A stretch of 64,000 nt of DNA, from positions 3,968,001-4,032,000 of the forward strand of contig OZ271854.1 in assembly GCA_965601925.1 (NCBI GenBank). Direction: 5' to 3'. Below, piece by piece: positions 20,566-29,219 of the stretch. Every line of letters starts with the position of its first letter. Position 1 is the first letter of the stretch. The notes beneath the pieces were generated by a model. That model made no database searches. It saw nothing but the letters and a program-made list of their open reading frames with translations, and was not told where the DNA came from. Both the position numbers and the translations under genes were made by a program. This DNA comes from Alkalispirochaeta sp. GTDB lineage: Bacteria > Spirochaetota > Spirochaetia > DSM-27196 > Alkalispirochaetaceae.

Positions 20566-20979
20566 GTGTTTTCCCTATCGGCAAAGGGTGTATACGGGGC
20601 CGCGGCGCTGGTAGAGCTCGCCGAACACTATCGGTCGGGTCCCATCCAAATCCGGGATATCGCATCGCGTAACGATATACCGCAGCACTATCTGGAGCAA
20701 ATTCTTTCGGGACTCAAACGCACCGGGCTCGTACGCAGCTATCGCGGAGCGCAGGGTGGATACGAGCTCACGCGGCACCCCGATACGATCCGCCTCTCCG
20801 AGCTTCTCTCGGAACTCGAAGGTCCGCTATCGGTAACACCGTCGGGCCAGTCGGCCGACAATCTCGCTTTTTTGTGGGGAGACTTGGAGCAACATATCGC
20901 CGCCTTTCTCAATCGGTCGTTGGGCGATGTCATGCGGGAGAAGGCGCGGAGAAATCAGGCCGTCGATTTCGTCATTTGA
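20566..20979 (+). CDS. Rrf2-family regulator, CymR-like
   Basis: YLEQI...LK..GLVRSYRGAQGGY.L; no Cys; ends DFVI. Confidence 0.88.
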   Translation: MFSLSAKGVYGAAALVELAEHYRSGPIQIRDIASRNDIPQHYLEQILSGLKRTGLVRSYRGAQGGYELTRHPDTIRLSELLSELEGPLSVTPSGQSADNLAFLWGDLEQHIAAFLNRSLGDVMREKARRNQAVDFVI

Positions 20980-21076
20980 CCGCTCGAGGCCGGTTCGGTA
21001 CGCTTGCAATAGCGTACCAACTATGGATTGTGATCTTCTTCGCGTCCTTCGGGATGCGTTGAACAAGGAGGTTTCC

Positions 21077-22213
21077 ATGCGATGCAAAATGTATCTTTTG
21101 ACGATCGTTCTCACGGTCTCCGTCGTCGCCGTTGCGTTCGGCGCGGGCGAACGGGAGAGCGTGGACGACGGTATGATCCACGTAGCGCTCTCCGCGCCGA
21201 TTACCGGCGATTGGTCGGAGTACGGGGTCAACTTTCAACGGTCCGTCGAGATGGCTATCGAGAGGATTAATGCCGACGGCGGCGTCCTCGACGGACGAAC
21301 CTTTCGACTGTCGGTCGGCGATACGCGCGGTAACCCTCAGGAGGCGGCGACCCTCGCCCAGCGGTGGACCTCCGACGAGACGATTGTCGCGCAGATCGGC
21401 GCCTTCTCCTCCTCCAGTTCCATGGCGGCCCAGCCGATCTACGACGAGGCGGGTATGGTGCAGCTCTCTCCGACCGCCAGCCACGCCGATTATGCCGGAG
21501 GTTCTCCGTGGAGTTTCGGTATCGTCGGAACCCAGGCGGGCGAAGGACCCTTTAACGCCGCCTTTGCGTACAACGATCTCGGCCTTCGACGCGTCGCGGT
21601 GCTGCACCTCAATAACGACTGGGGTATCGACACTGCGAAGCACTTTTCGGATGCATTTGCCGCCTTCGGTGGTGAGGTCGTCGATACGGAGTTCTACTTT
21701 GACGGTGAGAGCGACTTTACCGCAGTACTGACGAAACTGCGTGATTCCGACGCCGACGGCGTCTTCATCGCATCGTTTTATAACGACGGCGCGGCGATCA
21801 ACATCCAGCGCGATCGTCTGGGGTGGGATGTCCCGGTTCTGGGGCCGACTTCGTTGTACTCGCCGCAGCTTATCGAGTTGGGTGGGCCCGCCGTGGAGGG
21901 ACTGTACACGGCAACCGGATTCTTTGCCGAGGATCCCCAGCCGGCGGTGAGCGAGTACGTCAATGGGTTCGCCGACCGGTACGGAGACGCGCCCAACTTC
22001 CACGCCGCCCTCGCCTACGATGCAATGATGCTCCTCGCCGATGCGATCGAGCGTGCCGGCTCTACCGATCGGCAGGCGATTCGCGACGCTCTTGCGACGA
22101 CCGCCGACTACCCGGGACTCGCAGGCTCCATCACCTTCACCGATCGGGGGGACGCGAACAAGGGATACAGTAAGCTTACCATTCAAGACGGCCGATTTGT
22201 GCCGTACGAATAA
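21077..22213 (+). CDS. LivJ/K-type ABC substrate-binding protein
   Basis: Signal peptide, APITG, INADGG, YDA, G..G.ITF; SD AAGGAGG. Confidence 0.92.
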   Translation: MRCKMYLLTIVLTVSVVAVAFGAGERESVDDGMIHVALSAPITGDWSEYGVNFQRSVEMAIERINADGGVLDGRTFRLSVGDTRGNPQEAATLAQRWTSDETIVAQIGAFSSSSSMAAQPIYDEAGMVQLSPTASHADYAGGSPWSFGIVGTQAGEGPFNAAFAYNDLGLRRVAVLHLNNDWGIDTAKHFSDAFAAFGGEVVDTEFYFDGESDFTAVLTKLRDSDADGVFIASFYNDGAAINIQRDRLGWDVPVLGPTSLYSPQLIELGGPAVEGLYTATGFFAEDPQPAVSEYVNGFADRYGDAPNFHAALAYDAMMLLADAIERAGSTDRQAIRDALATTADYPGLAGSITFTDRGDANKGYSKLTIQDGRFVPYE

Positions 22214-22232
22214 CGCGTCCGACTCGCTATTC

Positions 22233-22261
22233 GGTTCGGCCCACCGCTTGTGGGCCGAACC
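22233..22261 (+). promoter_or_regulatory. Intra-operon stem-loop after the SBP gene
   Basis: Perfect 12-bp stem GGTTCGGCCCAC-CGCTT-GTGGGCCGAACC, no U tract. Confidence 0.65.
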
Positions 22262-22287
22262 AACGCTCGACCTCGCCGGAGGATCCC

Positions 22288-23151
22288 ATGGTTTTGCAAC
22301 AGCTGGTCAACGGGTTGACACAGGGGAGTCTGTTTGCCCTGCTTGCCATATCGTTCTCAATCGTCTACGGAACGCTGCGCCTGGTAAACTTTGCTACCGG
22401 TTCCATTTATATGATCGGCGCCTTCGCCGGTTGGCTCGTTGTCCGTTACGTGACGGCGAACTTGTTCCTTGCGCTCCTCGCGGGAGCGGCGGCGGGGTTC
22501 GTTACCGGATTCGTCCTCGAGCGCTTTGCATTTCGCGCCCTGCGCGGCGTGGCGCGTATCGCATCGTTGATCTGTACGATCGGGTTTTCGTGGTTTCTCA
22601 ACGAGTTGATGTCGGTACTCTTCGGGGCGGAGCGGAAATCGATGCCGCCGTTCTATTCGGAGACGGCGTTCGCCGTCGCGGGCGTGAACATATCGTGGCT
22701 GCAAATCATTCTTATCGTCGTCGTCGCCGTGATTCTCATCGCACTCCAGATATTCATCTTCAAGACCAAGATCGGTCTCGCCATTCGAGCCGTCTCGCTC
22801 GATTTTAAGACGGCGGGTCTCATGGGAATACCGATCGATCGAGTGATATCGCTCACTTTTTCGCTGGCCGGCGCCATGGCCGGAATTGCGGGCGTGCTCG
22901 CAAGCGCGTATTACAACGCCGTGTTCCCTTTTATGGGGAACATTGCGGGACTCAAGTCGTTTTCGGCGGCGGTATTCGGAGGTCTTACCTCAATACCGGG
23001 CGCGATTCTTGGAGGGTATCTCTTAGGCCTGGTAGAAAACTTCGGCGTCCAGATCATTTCGGCGGGGTATCGCGACATCATCGGATTCGCCATTATGGTG
23101 CTCTTCCTCCTCGCGCGCCCGCGCGGGCTTTTGGGTCGAAAAAACGCGTGA
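22288..23151 (+). CDS. livH: Branched-chain amino acid ABC permease (LivH type)
   Basis: QQLVNGL..GS, VNFA, G.AIRAVS, GGL.SIPGA. Confidence 0.88.
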   Translation: MVLQQLVNGLTQGSLFALLAISFSIVYGTLRLVNFATGSIYMIGAFAGWLVVRYVTANLFLALLAGAAAGFVTGFVLERFAFRALRGVARIASLICTIGFSWFLNELMSVLFGAERKSMPPFYSETAFAVAGVNISWLQIILIVVVAVILIALQIFIFKTKIGLAIRAVSLDFKTAGLMGIPIDRVISLTFSLAGAMAGIAGVLASAYYNAVFPFMGNIAGLKSFSAAVFGGLTSIPGAILGGYLLGLVENFGVQIISAGYRDIIGFAIMVLFLLARPRGLLGRKNA

Positions 23152-24167
23152 GGAACGGTATGGGTTATAGCGTCCGTCTGCGGGAGCTCGTCACGCGTCA
23201 CAAACGGTCGGCGGCCGGACTCCTCTTCATCGCGTTGATCGCCCTCCCGTTCGTTCTCGGCAACGCATACTACGTGCGGGTCGCGACGATCGTCGGCATC
23301 TACGTCATACTCGCCTCGAGTCTCAACATCGTCATCGGTTTCACGGGAATGTTCTCTCTGGGACACGCGGCGTTCTACGGCATCGGCGCCTATACCTCCG
23401 CCATGCTCACCACTATGGCGGGTTGGCCCTTCTGGGCGGCACTACCGGCGTCGGGTCTCGTCGCGGGCCTTTTCGGAACCCTCATCGGCCTTGCGACTCT
23501 CAGGCTGCGCGCCGTGTTTCTCGCCTTTACCACGTTGGGATTCGGAGAGATTACGCGCATTGTAATTCTCAACTGGCGTTCCTTCACGCGAGGCCCTCTC
23601 GGCATCGCGGGCGTGCCGATCCCGTCGATTTTCGGGTGGACCCTCGACCGGAACGGGTACTACTACCTCGTGGTCGTGCTGGCGAGCCTCACCGTTCTGG
23701 TCGTACGGCGAATGTACCACTCGCGGGTCGGTCGAGCGCTGGTAGCCGTTCGAGAAGACGAGACGGCGGCCAAGAGCATGGGGGTGTCGGTCTTTGGATA
23801 CAAGGTGTTGGCATTTACCGTCGCGTGCGCCTTCGCCGGTATCGCGGGATCGTTTTTTGCCCACTTTCAACGGTTTGTCAGCGCCGACTCGTTTGCCAAC
23901 CTCGAGTCGTTTGCGATCATCACGATGGTGGCCCTCGGCGGCACCGGATCGATCGTCGGCCCTATCCTCGGCGCCCTCATCCTCGTGGTCATTCCCGAGA
24001 TGTTTCGCTTTCTTTACCAATATCGCGGTGTGATCTACGGATTGGTGCTTATCCTGGTAATCGTACTCAAACCGGGAGGCCTCGCCGGCGTCAAAGGAGT
24101 CTTCGAGAAGCCCACGATGCCCAAGCGCCCCCGCGCGGTACGTTTCGAGCGTGGGGGGCGACGATAA
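23148..24167 (+). CDS. livM: Branched-chain amino acid ABC permease (LivM type)
   Basis: SLGHAAFYGIGAY, TLGFGE, GRAL.AVRE.E.AA. Confidence 0.88.
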   Translation: MRNGMGYSVRLRELVTRHKRSAAGLLFIALIALPFVLGNAYYVRVATIVGIYVILASSLNIVIGFTGMFSLGHAAFYGIGAYTSAMLTTMAGWPFWAALPASGLVAGLFGTLIGLATLRLRAVFLAFTTLGFGEITRIVILNWRSFTRGPLGIAGVPIPSIFGWTLDRNGYYYLVVVLASLTVLVVRRMYHSRVGRALVAVREDETAAKSMGVSVFGYKVLAFTVACAFAGIAGSFFAHFQRFVSADSFANLESFAIITMVALGGTGSIVGPILGALILVVIPEMFRFLYQYRGVIYGLVLILVIVLKPGGLAGVKGVFEKPTMPKRPRAVRFERGGRR

Positions 24168-24934
24168 TGCTGCGAGTTGCGGGTCTCCGTAAGGCGTTCG
24201 GCGGACTGGTCGCCGTGAACGATATCGACCTATCGGTCGAGCGCGGTGCGATCCACGCCGTTATCGGACCCAACGGCGCGGGAAAGACGACCTTCTTTGA
24301 TGCATTGACCGCTCTCATCCCTCCCGACGCCGGAGAGATCACCTTCGACGGCCGGCGCATCGACGGGCTCAAGACGCACCACATCGCATTACGGGGAATC
24401 GGAAGAACGTTCCAGAACATTCGTCTCTTTCCGTATCTCTCGGTGTTGGAAAATGTCAAAGTCGGTGCGCATATCCTCGCCCGTCATACCCTCTTCGATG
24501 CGGTCATCCGGAGCCGACGATTTCTCCGTGAAGAGCGCGAGATCGACGAGTTTGCCATGGCGCTCCTTGATCGCGTCGGGCTTGCCGACAAGCGCGACGC
24601 GTATGCACGCAATCTCCCGTACGGAGAGCAGCGCAAACTGGAAATCTCACGCGCTCTGGCCGGCCGGCCGAAGCTCCTGCTCCTTGACGAGCCCGCGGCG
24701 GGAATGAACAACGCCGAGACGGCCGCCCTGGACGAGTTTATCCGCTCACTCAAAGCCGAGGGGTATACTATTCTCTTGATCGAACACGATATGAAACTCG
24801 TCATGAGTATCGCCGATCGTATTACCGTCATCGACCACGGCGAGAAGATCAGCGAAGGCGCCGCCCGGGAAGTTCAGACCGACGAACGGGTGATTGAGGC
24901 GTATCTGGGACGACATACGGGAGCATCGATATGA
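24167..24934 (+). CDS. livG: ABC ATP-binding protein (LivG type)
   Basis: FGGLVAV, GPNGAGKT, RTFQNIRLF, LPYGEQR, LDEPAAG. Confidence 0.9.
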   Translation: MLRVAGLRKAFGGLVAVNDIDLSVERGAIHAVIGPNGAGKTTFFDALTALIPPDAGEITFDGRRIDGLKTHHIALRGIGRTFQNIRLFPYLSVLENVKVGAHILARHTLFDAVIRSRRFLREEREIDEFAMALLDRVGLADKRDAYARNLPYGEQRKLEISRALAGRPKLLLLDEPAAGMNNAETAALDEFIRSLKAEGYTILLIEHDMKLVMSIADRITVIDHGEKISEGAAREVQTDERVIEAYLGRHTGASI

Positions 24935-25644
24935 GTCTCCTCGAGGTACACGAACTGAGTGTCTTCTACGGTCGGATTCACGCGTTGCGCGGCGTGTCGT
25001 TCACCCTTGAGGAGGGAGAACTCGTTGCGCTGATCGGTGCGAACGGTGCCGGAAAGACGACGCTGTTGAACACCATCTCCGGGGTCGTACCCGGGACCGA
25101 CGGAAGTGTCCTCATCGGCGGCCGGGAGATCCTCAACGAGCACTCCCACATCATTACACGCCTCGGCGTAGCCCACGCTCCCGAGGGGCGACACATCTTT
25201 TCCGAGCTCACCGTAGAGGAGAATCTCACTATCGGTGCCTACATTCTTCGGGATCGACGGCGCATTCCCGAGCTCATCGCGCGTAATTATGAACTCTTTC
25301 CCCGCCTCGCGGAGCGCCGGCGCCAGGAGGGCGGGTCGCTTTCCGGCGGGGAACAACAGATGCTCGCGATCGCCCGCGGACTGATGAGCGATCCGACGGT
25401 GCTGTTGCTCGACGAGCCGAGCTTGGGACTCGCGCCGATCCTCGTGGAGCGTATCTTCGAGATGATCACCGAAATCAATGCGGCCGGAGTCTCGGTACTC
25501 TTGGTGGAGCAGAACGCCAACGTGGCGCTGCAAGTCGCCACGCGCGGCTACGTTCTGGAGACGGGAGCCGTCACGATGCAGGACGACGCGCCGGCGCTTT
25601 TGCGCAATCCCGAGGTGCGCAAAGCGTACTTGGGTATCGCATAA
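24931..25644 (+). CDS. livF: ABC ATP-binding protein (LivF type)
   Basis: GANGAGKT, PEGR, LSGGEQQM, LDEPSLGL, VEQN. Confidence 0.9.
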   Translation: MSLLEVHELSVFYGRIHALRGVSFTLEEGELVALIGANGAGKTTLLNTISGVVPGTDGSVLIGGREILNEHSHIITRLGVAHAPEGRHIFSELTVEENLTIGAYILRDRRRIPELIARNYELFPRLAERRRQEGGSLSGGEQQMLAIARGLMSDPTVLLLDEPSLGLAPILVERIFEMITEINAAGVSVLLVEQNANVALQVATRGYVLETGAVTMQDDAPALLRNPEVRKAYLGIA

Positions 25645-25680
25645 GGAACGCTGCGGGCATACCGTAACAAGGAGGGATCG

Positions 25681-26616
25681 ATGAACAAGATTGAACGGGT
25701 TGAAGCGAGTCTTGCAGGGCGGGAGTTCGACCGTCCGCCGGTATCGTTTTGGTACCACTTCGGAACGCAGCACGAGGGCGGCGAACGTATCGCGGAGCTG
25801 GAACTCGAGTTTTTTCGCTACTACGATTTGGACTACCTCAAGTTGATGAACGATTACTACTATCCGATGCCCGAGGGGACGATCGGTCTGAAGACGAAGG
25901 ACGATCTGCGTCTCATAAAACCCTTCGACGTATGGAAGAGTCCGTGGAAGGAGCAGTTGAAGGCGATAGAAATCGTGGCGCGCGAGCTCGAGGGCGAGGC
26001 GTACTTCATCGACACGGTCTTTGATCCGTGGCAGGTATTGGTACGCAATCTGGTCGGCGAACACTTGATGCCGTTGATCGAGGCGGTACCCGAGGCGGTG
26101 TTGGAGGCGCTCGACGTGGTAACGGAGAACGTGATCGCCTACTGTAAAGCGGCCATTACCGCCGGGTCCGCCGGCGTCTTTCTCTCAACCTTCAGCGCCG
26201 GCACCCAATTAGCAAAAGATACGTACATGACCTTCGCGTACCCGTTTGTCGAACGAATCTTCAAAGCGATAGCGCCTATGGGCATCATGAATACGGCGCA
26301 TCTTCACGATTATGGGATTTTCGTCGACGAGATGGTGCAACTACCGGCCGACATCATCTCCTACGAGGACACCGATGCGTGTAACCCGTCGATTACCGAG
26401 ATGCGCGCCGTGTGGGACGGGAGCATCATGGCCGGTATGGATAAAAATCTCATCACCCGCGTTACACCCGAACGAGCGCGGCAGAATGCCCTCGACGGTA
26501 TCAAAAACGGCGGGTCGACGAAGTTCTTCCTCGCTCCGGGATGCAGCTTTCCGACGTGGTTTTCGCCGCAGGCCGGGAGACTCATCGTCGATGCGGTGAA
26601 GGCGTCGGCTCGGTAA
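25681..26616 (+). CDS. Uroporphyrinogen decarboxylase (URO-D)-family protein
   Basis: MNKIERV...DRPPVSFW.HF, LAPGCS; lacks the HemE RQAGR motif. Confidence 0.8.
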   Translation: MNKIERVEASLAGREFDRPPVSFWYHFGTQHEGGERIAELELEFFRYYDLDYLKLMNDYYYPMPEGTIGLKTKDDLRLIKPFDVWKSPWKEQLKAIEIVARELEGEAYFIDTVFDPWQVLVRNLVGEHLMPLIEAVPEAVLEALDVVTENVIAYCKAAITAGSAGVFLSTFSAGTQLAKDTYMTFAYPFVERIFKAIAPMGIMNTAHLHDYGIFVDEMVQLPADIISYEDTDACNPSITEMRAVWDGSIMAGMDKNLITRVTPERARQNALDGIKNGGSTKFFLAPGCSFPTWFSPQAGRLIVDAVKASAR

Positions 26617-26680
26617 GGTGTATCGGCCCCGGAACGAAAGCGTATTGTAGCGGACGCGGGCAGCGGTCCCGGAGGCATCG

Positions 26681-27220
26681 ATGAACTTGTACCTATGCGG
26701 AATGATCGGGTCCGGCAAGACGACGCTCGGTCGGGAGCTGAGCGGACGATTCGACAGCCCCTTTCTGGACCTCGATGGAGAGATGGATCGCCGCCTCGGA
26801 TACTCGTTTCACCGTTTGGTGCGCGAACGGGGCTGGCTTCCCTTCCGCGAGTTGGAGTACTCAATCTGTAAGGCCTTTTCAGAGGTGCGCGGCGCCGTCG
26901 TCTGTCTCGGAGGCGGTACCGTGCGTTACGAATGGAATCGCGATGTCCTCTCCGGGACGGGCGTTATGGTATTGCTGGAGGCCGGCGAGGATACGCTTAT
27001 CGAGCGCGTACGCGCCGCCGATCGACCGCGGGTTAATCCGGGGACCGATATAGCCGGCGATATTCGCCGCATGTGGGCGGAACATCGCGAAACGTACCGC
27101 GCCGCCGCGGATGTAATCTACCGCACCGACGAGAAGAGTATTCGCGAAGAGGTGCGTGAGTTGGAGATGCTTATTCGTGACGATCGGCGTTTTGCATCCT
27201 TGTGGGGACACCTCGTATGA
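26681..27220 (+). CDS. Shikimate kinase-like protein
   Basis: GMIGSGKTT, DLD, FRELE, LGGG, RP. Confidence 0.85.
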   Translation: MNLYLCGMIGSGKTTLGRELSGRFDSPFLDLDGEMDRRLGYSFHRLVRERGWLPFRELEYSICKAFSEVRGAVVCLGGGTVRYEWNRDVLSGTGVMVLLEAGEDTLIERVRAADRPRVNPGTDIAGDIRRMWAEHRETYRAAADVIYRTDEKSIREEVRELEMLIRDDRRFASLWGHLV

Positions 27221-27256
27221 GTAATGGAGTAAGACGCACCTCGGTGCACCGCACCA

Positions 27257-27333
27257 AGGAACCAAAAGGGTTCTCAGCGTCTGATAAGAACGAAATCGGT
27301 TCCCGTTAATACATAGGAACAAAAATGGTTCCT
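27257..27333. repeat. Three palindromic RGAAC-N7-GTTCY units at a 29-bp period
   Basis: GAAC starts at 27259, 27288 and 27317. Confidence 0.85.
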
Positions 27334-27334
27334 G

Positions 27335-27363
27335 TTGAGCGATGACGTATCGCGTGATACGGT
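27335..27363 (+). promoter_or_regulatory. Putative sigma70 promoter giving a leaderless satD transcript
   Basis: TTGAGC-N17-TACGGT with an extended TG; GTG start 7 nt downstream; no SD. Confidence 0.45.
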
Positions 27364-27369
27364 ATAGTA

Positions 27370-28020
27370 GTGAATGTAGTGGCGGTTATCGCAGACATCG
27401 TAAGTTCTCGCGATATCGTAGACAGAAGAGAATTCCAAAAGACGCTCAAATCGCACCTTCACGCGGTCAGCGAACGCGCCGGTGCATCGCTTCTCTCTCC
27501 GTACACCCTTACACTGGGAGACGAGTTCCAAGCAGTATACGGAGACTTCGATACGATATTCATCGATATCGTCACGATCATCGCAGCCCTATTCCCCGTA
27601 CGGTTGCGATTCGCCCTCGCTATCGGACCGCTCTCCACCGAGATCAACCGCGACGCGGCGCTCGAGATGGACGGACCGGCGTTTCATGATGCGCGCGCGT
27701 TGATGGAGGCCCTCAAACCGCAGGACCAGACGGTCATACGCATCGCGGCGGCCGATGTCACGCCCATCGATCTCATCAACGGATGTCTTAGGCTCCTATC
27801 GAATGCACTGGGAGCGTGGCGCGAGAACACCATTCGGCTGTTTCACGGGCTATTGACGGACGAATCGGTCGATACGTTGACACGGCGTGTGGGAATTTCC
27901 CGCCGCGGAGTCAACAAACACATCGCTTCGCACCACCTCCACGATTATGTAGACATAGTGCGGACGATACGGACCGAGTTGGAGCGGTACAACGTAGTGG
28001 GCATCGGGCGGACGGGATGA
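27370..28020 (+). CDS. SatD-family protein (nucleotide-cyclase-like domain plus C-terminal HTH)
   Basis: IADIVSSR, TLGDEFQ, DGPAFH.AR; C-terminal RRVGISRRGVNKH. Confidence 0.85.
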   Translation: MNVVAVIADIVSSRDIVDRREFQKTLKSHLHAVSERAGASLLSPYTLTLGDEFQAVYGDFDTIFIDIVTIIAALFPVRLRFALAIGPLSTEINRDAALEMDGPAFHDARALMEALKPQDQTVIRIAAADVTPIDLINGCLRLLSNALGAWRENTIRLFHGLLTDESVDTLTRRVGISRRGVNKHIASHHLHDYVDIVRTIRTELERYNVVGIGRTG

Positions 28021-28766
28021 CGACCACCCACGTTTTCTACGCCCTCATACCGGCGATATTCCTATCGCAATACGTTCGTAGCCTCGACGGACGACGAATG
28101 GTCCGTCGCACGGTAGGCGCCGCGCTGTGTTACATGGCCGCGATCGCGGCGCCGCTGGCAACTCCCGCCAACTGGGTGGCCGTAACCGTAATGGCAGCCG
28201 CGATTATCGGCATCGATATAACGATGTTGCGCAGATCGACCAATCGCCACCTTTCCCGAACCGTGGTGCTGCTTTTCAATATCGCCGCAACGGTCGGCAT
28301 TGTCGGCAACGGCAGATGGATATCGGGATTCAACGCGAGCACGCAGCGTATTGCCGACGCGTTGGCACGATGGAACGTCATACTCCACCGTCTCGACGGC
28401 GCGGCCGTCCACTACCTGATCGTCGCGGTGGCGGGCCTTCTTATCGCCACGACCGAGATCAACCATCCCATCGCGCTCATTCTCAAACGATCGAGCCTTA
28501 TTCCGCGTACGCTTCCCGGCGCACAAACCGGCGTCGACGACACTCCGGCTCGGGGGCGCATGATCGGCGTGTCGGAACGGGGAATCGTTTTCGTATTTAC
28601 CCTCACCGGCAACCTATCGGCCATCGGCCTCGTTCTCGCCGCCAAAGCGTTTGCTCGCTTTCGACAACTGGACGATCGCGAATTTGCCGAATACATGTTG
28701 ATCGGGACGCTACTGTCCATCTCCGGCGCGATGGCGGTCGGGCTGATCATGCAATTCTTCGTGTAG
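28017..28766 (+). CDS. DUF3307-like multi-pass membrane protein
   Basis: ATGA overlap with satD; C-terminal GRMIG..ER...AIG.VLAAK..ARF...EY.LIGTLLS. Confidence 0.75.
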   Translation: MTTTHVFYALIPAIFLSQYVRSLDGRRMVRRTVGAALCYMAAIAAPLATPANWVAVTVMAAAIIGIDITMLRRSTNRHLSRTVVLLFNIAATVGIVGNGRWISGFNASTQRIADALARWNVILHRLDGAAVHYLIVAVAGLLIATTEINHPIALILKRSSLIPRTLPGAQTGVDDTPARGRMIGVSERGIVFVFTLTGNLSAIGLVLAAKAFARFRQLDDREFAEYMLIGTLLSISGAMAVGLIMQFFV

Positions 28767-28838
28767 CACCGCGCACATACAGTCTTATCGCCCGCGCAAG
28801 TGGGTGAAGAAACGACCGGATATTTTCATCGTAAAGGT

Positions 28839-28894
28839 TTGACACATTCGGTATGATGCGGTATATTATTTTTCAGTTGCACATGTATGCAACT
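28839..28894 (+). promoter_or_regulatory. Sigma70 promoter with downstream palindromic operator
   Basis: TTGACA-N17-TATATT, then AGTTGCA-N6-TGCAACT at 28875-28894. Confidence 0.75.
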
Positions 28895-28925
28895 ACACAA
28901 CAAAGCATCCTGGGAGGAGGCGAGT

Positions 28926-29210
28926 ATGTTTGACTATGAGCACTTTCTGAAGATCGACTACACGGATATTCACACACGTACCAACCTAAGTTCGAGGAGG
29001 CCCACTATGCACGACTACGAACACCTGGCCATGCATCGCGAACGCGTACGGGATCGAGCACGTTCAATACGGCGCAGTTCGGTCATACGTCCGTCTCTCG
29101 GTGCGGCGCGCCGTCTCATAGCATACATGGCGAGCGTGGCGCGGCGGATCGCGGAACATCTGAAAGTTGGACACAGCGGTTGCGTAGATCACGCCGTTCC
29201 GTGTAAATAG
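28926..29210 (+). CDS. Small hypothetical protein with two in-frame SD/ATG starts
   Basis: GAGGAGG before ATG 28926 and before ATG 29007. Confidence 0.55.
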   Translation: MFDYEHFLKIDYTDIHTRTNLSSRRPTMHDYEHLAMHRERVRDRARSIRRSSVIRPSLGAARRLIAYMASVARRIAEHLKVGHSGCVDHAVPCK

Positions 29211-29219
29211 ATACACGGG

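Noticed and set aside
20972..22186. Long antisense ORFs (also 24874-26064, 41214-42314, 35382-36620 in an alternative frame)
   Set aside because: Shadow ORFs typical of high-GC codon bias over well-supported genes
27257..27343. Mini-CRISPR array
   Set aside because: Units are degenerate, linkers are only about 12 nt, and no cas genes are present; kept as an operator/repeat-RNA candidate instead
27816..28016. Upstream start for the DUF3307-like gene
   Set aside because: Lies within satD; ATGA coupling supports 28017
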